Shown piece by piece: positions 42,385-51,863 of a stretch of DNA of 64,000 bases (the stretch's first letter is position 1; each line of letters begins with the position of its first letter). Under the pieces are notes generated by a model. It did no database searches and was not told where the DNA came from. It worked only from the letters and a program-made list of their open reading frames with translations. Location of the stretch: NCBI GenBank assembly GCA_965368975.1, contig CBDUPA010000006.1, positions 160,001 through 224,000 of the forward strand, read 5' to 3'. The position numbers were made by a program, and so were the translations under genes. This stretch comes from an uncultured bacterium (GTDB lineage Bacteria; Acidobacteriota; Thermoanaerobaculia; Multivoradales; JAHZIX01).

Positions 42385-44214
42385 ATGGGACGTGTGATTT
42401 GGCGACCGGTGCTCGGGTTCTTGCTGCTCGCAGTTGCGGGGAGCGTAGCGGGCTTGGACGGAACGGGCCCTGACGCAGCAGGCTCTGCCCGCCCGGGCTT
42501 TGCCGACCTCTCCATGTCCGCTGGGCTCGACTTTGTCCATTTCAACGGCATGAGCGGCGAGTTCTACTATCCGGAAGTGGTGGGGGGAGGCGGTGCGCTG
42601 TTCGACATGGACAACGACGGTGATCTGGATCTGTATCTGGTCCAGGGCACGATGCTCGGCCCGGGAAAGACGTTGGAGCAATCCCGCTTCCCGCCTCGGC
42701 ACGCTGTCTTGACGGATCGCTTGTATCGCAACGACCTGACCCTCGACGCTGAGGGGCGACGCCTTCTCCGCTTCACGGACGTTACGGCTGAGGCGGGGCT
42801 GGCCGCTACGCGTGAGTACGGGATGGGGGTGGCGAGCGGGGACTACGACGGTGACGGTGACGTTGATCTCTACGTCACGGGTTTGCGCGACAACCGCCTG
42901 CTACGCAATCGGGGCGACGGTCGTTTCGAGGATGTGACGGCAGCGGCGGGTGCGGTGGAGCGGCGGTGGACGGTGGCGGCGAGTTTTCTCGACTTCGACC
43001 GCGACGGGTATCTCGACCTGTTTCTGGCCAACTATCTGCACTTCGACTTCGCCAACCACAAGGTCTGCCTCGACGCAACGGGAACGCAGGACTACTGCGG
43101 TCCGCAGAACTATCCACCGCTGCCGGACCGGCTGCTGCGCAACCGTGGTGACGGCACTTTCGAGGACGTGACCGCACGCGTCGGCCTGGACGCGGCGTCT
43201 GGGGCGGCGCTGGGGGCGGTGGCCCGTGACTTCGACGACGATGGCTGGCTCGACCTGTACGTGGCCAATGACTTGATGCCGAACCAGTTGTGGATGAATC
43301 GCGGCAGGGGCGGCTCAGCGATGCGACAGTTCGAGGATGAGTCGCTGCTGGCCGGTGCGGCCGTCAACGGTGAGGGCAAGGCGGAGGCCAGTATGGGGAT
43401 CGCGGCGGCGGATGCCGATGGCGACGGCGACGAGGATCTGCTGCTGGCGCACCTCGACGGTGAGACCAACACCCTCTACCTCAACGATGGCACCGGCCTC
43501 TTCGACGACCGCTCGCAAGCCAGTGGCCTCGGCAATGCCAGCTGGAACTACACGGCCTTCGGCGCCGGCTTCTTCGACGTGGACAACGATGGCGACCTCG
43601 ACTTCTTTGCCGCCAATGGTGCCGTCAAGACCTTGCCCGAGCTGGTGCGCAGGGGTGATCCGTACCCGCTGCACCAGCGCAACCAACTGTTCGAGAATCA
43701 GGGCGGGGGTCGCTTCGTCGAGCTGGTCGACGCCGGTCTGGACACCTCGGAAGTCAGCCGCGCGGCAATCTTCGGGGACGTCGACAACGACGGCGATACC
43801 GACATCGTGGTGGTCAACAATGGGGGGCCGGTTCGCCTGCTCCAGAATCGGCTGGCACCTCTCGGGAACTGGCTGGGCTTGCGGCTCCTGACGCCGGCCA
43901 ACCCGCGCCCGGAGAGCCCATTGCGCGACGCCTTGGGCGCCAAGGTGACACTGGTGCGGCAGGGAGCGCCGGACATGGTGCGCCGTGTGGCGACCGATGG
44001 CTCGTATGCCGCCGCGTCCGATCCGCGCGTTCTCTTTGGGCTGAGGGGGAGCCCGGAAGCCGCCAAGGTGACTGCGGTGCGGGTGCGTTGGCCGAGCGGC
44101 CGTGAAGAAGTCTTCCCGGCGCCGCCATCTGGTGTCTACACAGCCCTGGTCGAAGGGCACGGGCAGCCGGCAGTGGCAGAAGTCGCGGCCACTGTGGAAG
44201 ACGACTCGCCGTGA
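42385..44214 (+). CDS. CRTAC1/ASPIC-UnbV family FG-GAP repeat protein
   Basis: Multiple D.DNDGD.DL repeats; C-terminal DA.GA.V...GSY....DPRV.FGL...V.WPSG. Confidence 0.9.
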   Translation: MGRVIWRPVLGFLLLAVAGSVAGLDGTGPDAAGSARPGFADLSMSAGLDFVHFNGMSGEFYYPEVVGGGGALFDMDNDGDLDLYLVQGTMLGPGKTLEQSRFPPRHAVLTDRLYRNDLTLDAEGRRLLRFTDVTAEAGLAATREYGMGVASGDYDGDGDVDLYVTGLRDNRLLRNRGDGRFEDVTAAAGAVERRWTVAASFLDFDRDGYLDLFLANYLHFDFANHKVCLDATGTQDYCGPQNYPPLPDRLLRNRGDGTFEDVTARVGLDAASGAALGAVARDFDDDGWLDLYVANDLMPNQLWMNRGRGGSAMRQFEDESLLAGAAVNGEGKAEASMGIAAADADGDGDEDLLLAHLDGETNTLYLNDGTGLFDDRSQASGLGNASWNYTAFGAGFFDVDNDGDLDFFAANGAVKTLPELVRRGDPYPLHQRNQLFENQGGGRFVELVDAGLDTSEVSRAAIFGDVDNDGDTDIVVVNNGGPVRLLQNRLAPLGNWLGLRLLTPANPRPESPLRDALGAKVTLVRQGAPDMVRRVATDGSYAAASDPRVLFGLRGSPEAAKVTAVRVRWPSGREEVFPAPPSGVYTALVEGHGQPAVAEVAATVEDDSP

Positions 44215-46064
44215 GCCGGTATCTCGATGTGCGGTGTCTCGATGTGCGGTGGTTGGGTGGACGGTGGCGGTGCCTCGTGTCGGGACTGGTGCACGGCCTG
44301 TTCCTTGTGCTGCTGCTCGGCGCGGATGTCGACGAGAGACTGCCGGAACCCGAGCTCGACGGCATGGAGCGAGCCGTGCAGGCACAGCTGCGGGCGGTGC
44401 GGGATCGTGCGCTGGCGCGTCTCGATGACGGTGCCGACCTTCCGGAGGTCGCCGAGGCTCTGGGGGCGCTAGGACGTCTGTACCAGTTCTACGGCCTCGA
44501 CAGCAGCGCCGAGGCCGCGCTGCAGATGGCGGCCGCGCGGGCCCCGGACGTCGCCGACTGGGCGTATCACCTGGGCGTGCTCTACCAGCGGCAACGACGC
44601 CTGGACGAGGCCGCCACCAGCTTCGATCATGTCCTCGCCATGCAGCCGGACGACCTGCCGGCCGCGCTACGACGGGCCGAGGTCGCGCGCCTGGCGGGAG
44701 ACGATGCGCTGGCGACGCGGGGATTCGAGGCGGTGCTGGCTCGGGATCCCGATCCCGCCATCGGCGCGGCCGCGCACCTCGGCCTGGGGCGGTTAGCCGT
44801 GGGCACATCTGTGCTGGCCGCCAGGCAGCATTTCGAGCGAGCCGTGGCGCTGCAGCCCCGGGCGACGGCGGTCTTGCACGAGCTAGGCCTGGCTTGGCGC
44901 ACGCTGGGCGATCGCGACAAGGCGCGCCAGCTATTGCAGGCCGCTCGCGACGGAGGCAACCGTCCTCTAGCCTTCCCGGACCCACGTCTCGACGCACTCG
45001 AGACCCTGGCCACGGGGACCGCGCAGCACGTCTTGCAGGCCAATCAGGCGCTGCGTGCGGGCGACGTGGATGCCGCGGTAGATGCCTTCCGGCGGGCCCT
45101 CGACCTCGATCCACTGCACCTGCCGGCACGCCAGGGGCTCGCTGCCGCCTTGAGTCGGCGGGGCGATCTGGACGCCGCCGAGGCCGAGTACCGGCATGTG
45201 CTGGCGCAGGTACCTGATGCGGCCGGGGTCTGGTATGCGCTGGGCTCCATACTCAGCGAACAGGAACAGCTACCCGAGGCGATCGAGGCGCTGGAGCGGG
45301 CGCTCGAGCTGTTGCCCGAACACCGGGACGCGCACTTCAATCTCGGCCTGCTCCAGCTGCGTGCGGGCGATGCAGCGGGCGCACGGTCCAGCTTCGAGCG
45401 TGCGATCGAATTGGATCCGCAAGACGCCGAAGCTCGGCGACAGCTGGCGGCCGTACTGCAACAACTCGACCGGTCGGCGGAAGCAGCGGCCGAGCTGGAG
45501 TGGCTGGTGGCAGCGGATCCGGGCGATGCCGAAAGTCGCGAGGCACTGGCGGCCCTGTACTTGACGCGCGGCGGAGAGCTGGGCCGCGGTGGTCGGTTCT
45601 CGGCGTCATCGGCTGCTCTTGCCCGCGCCGTCGAGCTACAGCCGACCTCGATTCCGGCGCACTTCGGGCGCTTCACGGCCCTACTGCTGGCAGAGGACTA
45701 TGGCGACGCGCTGGCGGCGGTGGAGCACAGCCGCGCGGTCTTGGGTCAGCAAGGACTCGAGACCCTGCCCTTCGACCACGGCTTGGCGCGCTTGCTGGCG
45801 ACCTGCCCGGATCCCGCCCAGCGTGACGGCGAGCGAGCTCTAGAACTGGCGTTCGCCGTCTTCGAGGCGCATCCCAGCACCGAGCACGGCGAAACCGTAG
45901 CCATGGCGCTGGCCGAACTGGGCCGCTTCGACGAAGCCATCGGCTGGCAGCTGCGCGTCCTGGAGCAGCTAGAGCGTCTGGGGCGCGGTGCGCAGGCCGG
46001 GCCGGCGCAGCAGCGGCTTGCCAGCTACCGTGCCGGCCAGCCGGTACGCGCGCCCTGGAAGTAG
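44211..46064 (+). CDS. TPR repeat protein (CRTAC1-associated)
   Basis: Many TPRs; LLATCPD...RDG..AL.LA C-terminus; GTGA overlap with the upstream gene. Confidence 0.85.
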   Translation: MSRYLDVRCLDVRWLGGRWRCLVSGLVHGLFLVLLLGADVDERLPEPELDGMERAVQAQLRAVRDRALARLDDGADLPEVAEALGALGRLYQFYGLDSSAEAALQMAAARAPDVADWAYHLGVLYQRQRRLDEAATSFDHVLAMQPDDLPAALRRAEVARLAGDDALATRGFEAVLARDPDPAIGAAAHLGLGRLAVGTSVLAARQHFERAVALQPRATAVLHELGLAWRTLGDRDKARQLLQAARDGGNRPLAFPDPRLDALETLATGTAQHVLQANQALRAGDVDAAVDAFRRALDLDPLHLPARQGLAAALSRRGDLDAAEAEYRHVLAQVPDAAGVWYALGSILSEQEQLPEAIEALERALELLPEHRDAHFNLGLLQLRAGDAAGARSSFERAIELDPQDAEARRQLAAVLQQLDRSAEAAAELEWLVAADPGDAESREALAALYLTRGGELGRGGRFSASSAALARAVELQPTSIPAHFGRFTALLLAEDYGDALAAVEHSRAVLGQQGLETLPFDHGLARLLATCPDPAQRDGERALELAFAVFEAHPSTEHGETVAMALAELGRFDEAIGWQLRVLEQLERLGRGAQAGPAQQRLASYRAGQPVRAPWK

Positions 46065-46093
46065 CCACGTCCGGAAGAGGATTCGCCTCGAAG

Positions 46094-47116
46094 CTAGTGC
46101 GCGACGTGGCCCGCGTAATTCTGTTCACCGGCTTCGATCCGCACCGGCAGCTTGTTCTGGCGCGGTGGCAACGGGCAGGTGGCGTGGGGCGTGAAGGCGC
46201 ACGGCGGGTTGTAGGCGCGGTTGAAGTCGAGAATCACCTTGCCGTTCTCGTCCGGTGGATCGGCGTACAGGAAGCGGCCGCCGCCGTAGCTCTCGCGGCC
46301 GTTGGTCTTGTCTCCGAAGATGACGAACAACGGTTGACCCGCCTCGGCCACCGGATCCAGCAGGTAGGAGACGCCATCGATCTGGAACACCAGGGCTCCG
46401 GGGCAAGTCTCCTCGTAGGCGGTGCCCAGCACATTCGGCACGGTGATCTTCTTCGGCGGGTTGTACGGACGGTAGTTGGCCTCAATGCGCCAGGCCATGT
46501 CGGTGGGGAAGTGGTCCAGGCCCTGGAAGTCCGTCAACGCTTCCGCGGCGGTGTCCTTGAGGCGCAGGAAGCGCGCGTCGCCGCGCTGGATCAGGTAGAA
46601 GCTGAGATCGTCGCCCAGCTCGACCACCGTCTCGTTGCCGTCGGCGTCCGAGCGTAGCGTCAGCGTGGTCACCGGATCGTCGTTGTAGCGCAGACCGGCA
46701 TCCGGCTCCGCCTTCAGCACGACCTGGTCGGCGCTCACCTGCAGCACACCGGCACGGGCCGGTGCCTTGTCCGGGAACACCAATTCGTTGGTCTCGGCCG
46801 AGCCGAAGCGCAGACGCCCGCCGTTGACGCTCGCGTCGAGCGGGAACAGGCCGACCAGCGCCAGCCAGCCATTCTCGCTGCGCAGCCGCTGTTCGCGTTG
46901 CTCACGCCAGTCCGTCAGTTCGGCTAGATAAGCCTCGTCGAGGGTACCGTCATCAACGGTGTTTTCCTCAGCCGTGCTCGCGTCCGCGCCAGCACTCTGG
47001 GCTGACGCGGGGACCGCCACGCTCGCCAGCAGGGTTGCTGCTGCGAGCACGGCAGCTGCAAGGATGGCCCAGCTTCGGCCGAGAGCTTCAATGCGGAGAT
47101 CATCTGTGTTGCGCAT
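46094..47116 (-). CDS. DUF1684 family protein
   Basis: GWLALVGL, F.D.TNG.ESYGGGRFL, LDFNRAYNPPCAFT..ATCPLPP..N.L. Confidence 0.9.
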   Translation of the reverse strand: MRNTDDLRIEALGRSWAILAAAVLAAATLLASVAVPASAQSAGADASTAEENTVDDGTLDEAYLAELTDWREQREQRLRSENGWLALVGLFPLDASVNGGRLRFGSAETNELVFPDKAPARAGVLQVSADQVVLKAEPDAGLRYNDDPVTTLTLRSDADGNETVVELGDDLSFYLIQRGDARFLRLKDTAAEALTDFQGLDHFPTDMAWRIEANYRPYNPPKKITVPNVLGTAYEETCPGALVFQIDGVSYLLDPVAEAGQPLFVIFGDKTNGRESYGGGRFLYADPPDENGKVILDFNRAYNPPCAFTPHATCPLPPRQNKLPVRIEAGEQNYAGHVAH

Positions 47117-47202
47117 GGCGACAAAGTAGCATTGCACCAGCCCCGCCGGCAACAGGATTTCTTGCACACCCAGATCCCACGAGCCTGTACGCGGGTGCAC
47201 GA

Positions 47203-48678
47203 ATGGCAGAGAATGCAGCCATGCTTCCCCGCCGCTGGCTCGAACAGCTCCAGGGTTCCGGCTTCCTCGCCTCGGTTAGCCGCGGTGCCGGCGTCGCCTT
47301 CTTTCTGCAACTGGCGGGTGCGGGCTCCGCGTACCTGCTGCAGGTCTTCCTGGCACGCTGGATGGGGACCCATGAGTACGGCGGCTACTCGTATGTCATC
47401 GCCTGGGTGACCACCCTGGCGATTCTCTCCAGCCTGGGCTTTCCCATCGCCTCGCTGCGCTTCGTGTCGCAGTATCGCGATCAGCAGGACTGGCCGCGAT
47501 TGCGCGGCGCGGTCATTGCGTTCCTGGGTTTGACCTTGTTCAACGGCACCGTGCTGGCCCTCGCCGGGCTCGGCGTCCTGCACCTGACGGCTGGGAGTGA
47601 CTGGCCTTTGTGGCCGGTATTCGTCGTTGGTCTGTGGCTGATGCCCTTGCATGGGCTGCTCCACGTGCAGAGCGAGATGGCGCGCGCGCTCGACCGGGTC
47701 GCCCTGGCGCAGGGGCCCTCCAAGGCTGGCCGGCCGCTAGCCATGCTGCTGGCGGCGGCGCTGGTGGTGTGGGTCGTGGGCCGCCTCGACGCGACCCTGG
47801 CGGTGTGGGCGGCCCTGGCGTCGCTGGCAGTGGTTGTCCTGCTGCAAACCGGTTCCCTGCTGCGTGCCCTGCCGCGCGCGATCTGGCGGGTGCGCGCCCA
47901 CTTCGAGCTGCGTCCCTGGATGCGCGTGGCCCTACCGGCGATGCTGGCGTCGAGCTTCGTGCTGCTGCTCAACCAGATGGACGTGCTGATGGTCGGCTGG
48001 TTCCTGCCGCAAGAGCAGGTTGGTATCTACCATGCCGCCAGCCGGACGGCGATGGTGATCAGCTTCCTGGGCTATGCCATCGACGTCGTCCTGGCGCAGC
48101 GCTTCGCCGTCTACCACACCCGCGGTGACCGCGACGGCCTGCAGCGTCTGGTCGCCGCCATGGCCCACCTGAGCTTCTGGCCCACCTTGTTGATGACCGC
48201 CGGCATGGTCGTGCTCGCGCCCTTCCTGCTGTCAATCTTCGGTGCTGAATTCGTCGTCGGCAAGAACGTGCTGATCCTGCTCTCCGCCTGCCACCTGTTC
48301 AACGCCGCCATCGGCCCCGTCGGCTACCTGCTGACGATGACCGGGCACCAGGACGACGACGCCCTGGGTCTGGGCATGGCCGCGGCGCTCAACTTCCTGT
48401 TCAACGCGCTGCTCATCCCGCGGTTCGGCATCTTCGGCGCCGCGCTCGCCACCACCCTGGCGTGGGTGATCCGTGGGCTCTTCCAGTGGCGCGCGGCGCG
48501 CAAGCGGGTCGGGGTGCGCGCGTCGATCATCTCGGCTTTGCTGATCTACGGCTGGCGCTGGCCGCTGCGTCCCCCGTCGGCGGAGCCGACACCAGAGACA
48601 CTTGCGGCGGAGCCGGCACCAGAGACGCCGTCGGCGGAGCCGGCACCAGATACACCGTCAGCGGAGTCCGAAAGCTGA
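47203..48678 (+). CDS. Wzx-like polysaccharide flippase
   Basis: LAR.MG..EYG, D.LMVG.....VGIY.AA, LN.LLIP.FGI.GAA.AT. Confidence 0.88.
   Translation: MAENAAMLPRRWLEQLQGSGFLASVSRGAGVAFFLQLAGAGSAYLLQVFLARWMGTHEYGGYSYVIAWVTTLAILSSLGFPIASLRFVSQYRDQQDWPRLRGAVIAFLGLTLFNGTVLALAGLGVLHLTAGSDWPLWPVFVVGLWLMPLHGLLHVQSEMARALDRVALAQGPSKAGRPLAMLLAAALVVWVVGRLDATLAVWAALASLAVVVLLQTGSLLRALPRAIWRVRAHFELRPWMRVALPAMLASSFVLLLNQMDVLMVGWFLPQEQVGIYHAASRTAMVISFLGYAIDVVLAQRFAVYHTRGDRDGLQRLVAAMAHLSFWPTLLMTAGMVVLAPFLLSIFGAEFVVGKNVLILLSACHLFNAAIGPVGYLLTMTGHQDDDALGLGMAAALNFLFNALLIPRFGIFGAALATTLAWVIRGLFQWRAARKRVGVRASIISALLIYGWRWPLRPPSAEPTPETLAAEPAPETPSAEPAPDTPSAESES
48576..48668 (+). repeat. Three ~30-bp tandem repeats in the flippase 3' end (SAEPAPETP-like)
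   Basis: GGCGGAGCCG(A/G)CACCAGA(G/T)AC units. Confidence 0.8.
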
Positions 48679-50597
48679 TGTGCGGCATCGCTGGCATCGC
48701 AGGTCCCGCGGGTGTCGACGTGAGTCGACACCTGCCGGCCATGCGCGACGCCCTGGTGCACCGCGGGCCGGATGGTGAGGGTCTCGAGAGCTGGCCCGAA
48801 GATGGCGTGGCGCTCGGCCATCGACGCCTGTCGATCCTCGACCTCAGCGATGCCGGGGCACAGCCGATGTGCAACGAAGACGGCAGCGTCTGGGTGGTGT
48901 TCAACGGCGAGGTCTACAACTCGCCCGAGTTGCGCCGTGAGCTGCAGGAGCGCGGTCATCGCTTCGCCTCCCGCACGGACACCGAGGTGCTGGTGCACGG
49001 CTACGAGGAGTGGGCCTGTACGGGATCCGAGGCTGCCGGCGACCCGGGGATCGAGCGTTTCCTGAGTCGACTGACCGGCATGTTCGCCTTTGCGCTCTGG
49101 GATCGTCGCCGTCGCTGCCTGCTGCTGGTGCGCGACCGACTGGGCATCAAGCCGCTCTACTATGTCGTCCTGCCTGAATCGGGCCAGCAAGGCGAGCGAC
49201 TGCTCTTCGCCTCTGAGCTGAAGGCGCTGCTGGCGCATCCCGACGTGCCCCGCACCCTCGACCAGCGTGCCGTGCTCGACTACCTGGCCTATGGCTACGT
49301 GCCCGGTGACGGCTGCATCCTGTCCGGTCCGCGCAAGCTGCCGGCCGCGCACTACCTGCTATGGAACGCCGGAGATGTCGAGGTGCGGCGGTACTGGTCT
49401 TTGGCGGAGCCTGACTTCCCCGAGCCTGGCGCCGAAGAACTACGGGCGCTTCTGACGACCGCGGCGCGCGACCACCTGCTCAGCGACGTACCCCTCGGTT
49501 GCTTCCTCTCCGGGGGCGTCGACTCGACCTTGATCACTGCCCTGACCTCCGATGTGGCACCGCCGGACCTGCGCCTGCGCACGGTCAGCGTCGGTTTCGA
49601 CGCGGGCAGCAGCGAGCTACCGCAAGCCCGCCGGACCGCTGAGCGTCACGGCACCGAGCACCACGAGGAGCACGTCTCGGTCGACATGGCCGAAGACCTC
49701 TTCCCGCAGCTGGCCCGCACCTGGGACGAACCCCTGGCCGACGTCTCCACCCTGCCCACCCTGCGCCTGTGCCAAGCCGCCCGCCGCCACGTCAAAGTCG
49801 CGCTCTCCGGCGACGGTGGCGACGAGCTGTTCGCCGGCTACGGCTGGTACCGAGCGTCGCTGCGCACAGAGGCACGCTCGAACGGTGGCCTGGGTCGCGT
49901 TGCGACTCGCCTGCAGCCGCTGGTCGACCCACTGCGCGGCGTCCCCTACCTCGCCCGCCTCGGTGCCGTCCATCGTCACCTGGAACTGGATCCACTCCTT
50001 CGGCACCACTACCTGCGCGGTCTCTTCGACCCTTGGGAGCTGCAGCGCCTGGCCGGTTCCGAGCTGCGTGGAGAACTCGCGCACCACGACCCGCTATGGT
50101 TGTGGAAGCGCTGGTTCCGCCCCGAGCTGCCGCTGCTCACCGCGCTGCAGGTCCTCGACATCCACACCTACCTGGTCGACGACATCCTGGTGAAAGTCGA
50201 CCGCGCGTCCATGGCACATTCCCTGGAAGTCCGGCCACCGCTGCTCGATCACCGCGTGGCCGAGCTGGCCTTGCGCATTCCCGCCGGCCAGCAGCTGCAG
50301 CACGGTCAGGGCAAAGCCTTCCTGCGCCAGGCCGCCGGCGACCTGCTGCCGCGCGACGTCTTCGAGCGACCCAAGCGCGGCTTCAGTCCACCAGTCCGTC
50401 ACTGGTTCCGCAGTGGCTCTTCCGGAGTGGGCCTCTGGCACAAGACCCGTGACACCCTGCTGCACGGTCGCCTGGTCGGTGACGGCCTGCTCGATGCCGT
50501 TGCCGTCGAGCGCATGGTGCGCTACGGCACCGAACGCCGCTGGAGCAAGGTGTGGGCCCTCTTGACCCTGGAGCACTGGACCCGTGCCTGGCTCTGA
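48678..50597 (+). CDS. asnB: Asparagine synthase (glutamine-hydrolysing)-like amidotransferase
   Basis: MCGIAG N-terminus (TGATG coupling), HRGPDG, FNGEVYN, LSGGVDS, SGDGGDELF.GY. Confidence 0.92.
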   Translation: MCGIAGIAGPAGVDVSRHLPAMRDALVHRGPDGEGLESWPEDGVALGHRRLSILDLSDAGAQPMCNEDGSVWVVFNGEVYNSPELRRELQERGHRFASRTDTEVLVHGYEEWACTGSEAAGDPGIERFLSRLTGMFAFALWDRRRRCLLLVRDRLGIKPLYYVVLPESGQQGERLLFASELKALLAHPDVPRTLDQRAVLDYLAYGYVPGDGCILSGPRKLPAAHYLLWNAGDVEVRRYWSLAEPDFPEPGAEELRALLTTAARDHLLSDVPLGCFLSGGVDSTLITALTSDVAPPDLRLRTVSVGFDAGSSELPQARRTAERHGTEHHEEHVSVDMAEDLFPQLARTWDEPLADVSTLPTLRLCQAARRHVKVALSGDGGDELFAGYGWYRASLRTEARSNGGLGRVATRLQPLVDPLRGVPYLARLGAVHRHLELDPLLRHHYLRGLFDPWELQRLAGSELRGELAHHDPLWLWKRWFRPELPLLTALQVLDIHTYLVDDILVKVDRASMAHSLEVRPPLLDHRVAELALRIPAGQQLQHGQGKAFLRQAAGDLLPRDVFERPKRGFSPPVRHWFRSGSSGVGLWHKTRDTLLHGRLVGDGLLDAVAVERMVRYGTERRWSKVWALLTLEHWTRAWL

Positions 50598-51861
50598 ATA
50601 CGCTGGCTCTGACGTCGACCGCCCCTCCGGGCCGCGGATCCTGATGGTGCACAGCTCCAACCTGCGCGTGCCGGCGGCCAACACCGTGCAGGTCACGCGC
50701 ATGGGTGAAGCCTTCGTCCAGGCTGGTGCACAGGTCCGCCTGCTCTATCCAGCGTACGCGCAGGAAGGTGCGTTGGCCCCTGCCGAACTGGGAACTTATT
50801 ACGGCGTGCAAGAAGTCCTCGACGCCGGGGCCTTGCGCCTCGAACCCCTGCGCAGCCTCTTCACACAAGGCATGTTCCAACCGTCCTTCCCGTCGCGCCT
50901 GCTGCCCCTCTCCAAGGCCTTCGCCTTCCTCGTCGAGCTGCTGCGCCTGCGACTCTTCGCCACCTCGGACCTCCCCGACCTCATCTACACCCGCTGCTAC
51001 GCCGCCGCCTTCTTCCTACCCCGCCTGCGCTGCTTGCTCGGCCTGTCTCAGGCCGGGAAGCGCCCGCCGGTTGTTCTGGAAGTCCACGAGTTGCCTACAG
51101 ACCGCCAGCGCCTGCGGGCCATTCAGGGTGTCGATGCGCTGGTCGTGATCAGCCAAGCCCTGGCAGATGATCTCCGCCAGCGTCTCGACCCCCTCCCTCC
51201 GGTTCTCGTTGCTCCCGACGGAGTGCCGAGCAGCTGGCTCGAAGAGATTCCGCGAGACACGGCCCGCCAACAGATCGCCGAGACGCTGCAGCAGCAAAGC
51301 GTGCGCCTAGATTCTCGCCTGCCCCTGGCCGTGATCACCGGCAGCCTCCCCGCCGGTGCCGTCGACGTGCTTTTCCGCACCGCACGGGCACTGCGCGGCA
51401 AGGCCGAGATCCTCGCCGTCGGTGCGCCGCGTCGAGGTAGCGTCGAAGATCTGCGGGTCGCGGCACAGCGGGACGGTCTGTCGAATCTGCATTTCCTTGG
51501 CCCCGTGCCGCCGTCACAGGTGCGGACGAACCAGGCCGCCGCGGATGTGTTGTTGGCGGCCTACACCGGCGAACTCAGCTGGGCCGCTCATACGTCACCG
51601 CTCAAGCTCTTCGAATACATGGCCGCTGGACGGCCGATGGTGGTGTCGGATCTGCCGGTGCTGCGCGAGGTGCTGGAGCCGGATGGGAATGCGGTGTTGG
51701 TGCCGCTGGGGGAGGAGGGGGGATTGGCGGCTGGTGTCGAGAGGGTGTTGGGGGAGCGGGGATTGGGAGAGCGGGTGGCGTCGCGGGCGTTGAGGGATGT
51801 CGAGGAGTGGACTTGGGAGCGGCGGGCGGAGCGGGTGTTGGGGTTTGTTGATGGCGTTTAG
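50584..51861 (+). CDS. Glycosyltransferase family 4
   Basis: AN..QV..M..AF; SPLKLFEYMAAGRP.V.SDLP. Confidence 0.9.
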   Translation: MPGSEYAGSDVDRPSGPRILMVHSSNLRVPAANTVQVTRMGEAFVQAGAQVRLLYPAYAQEGALAPAELGTYYGVQEVLDAGALRLEPLRSLFTQGMFQPSFPSRLLPLSKAFAFLVELLRLRLFATSDLPDLIYTRCYAAAFFLPRLRCLLGLSQAGKRPPVVLEVHELPTDRQRLRAIQGVDALVVISQALADDLRQRLDPLPPVLVAPDGVPSSWLEEIPRDTARQQIAETLQQQSVRLDSRLPLAVITGSLPAGAVDVLFRTARALRGKAEILAVGAPRRGSVEDLRVAAQRDGLSNLHFLGPVPPSQVRTNQAAADVLLAAYTGELSWAAHTSPLKLFEYMAAGRPMVVSDLPVLREVLEPDGNAVLVPLGEEGGLAAGVERVLGERGLGERVASRALRDVEEWTWERRAERVLGFVDGV

Positions 51862-51863
51862 AC

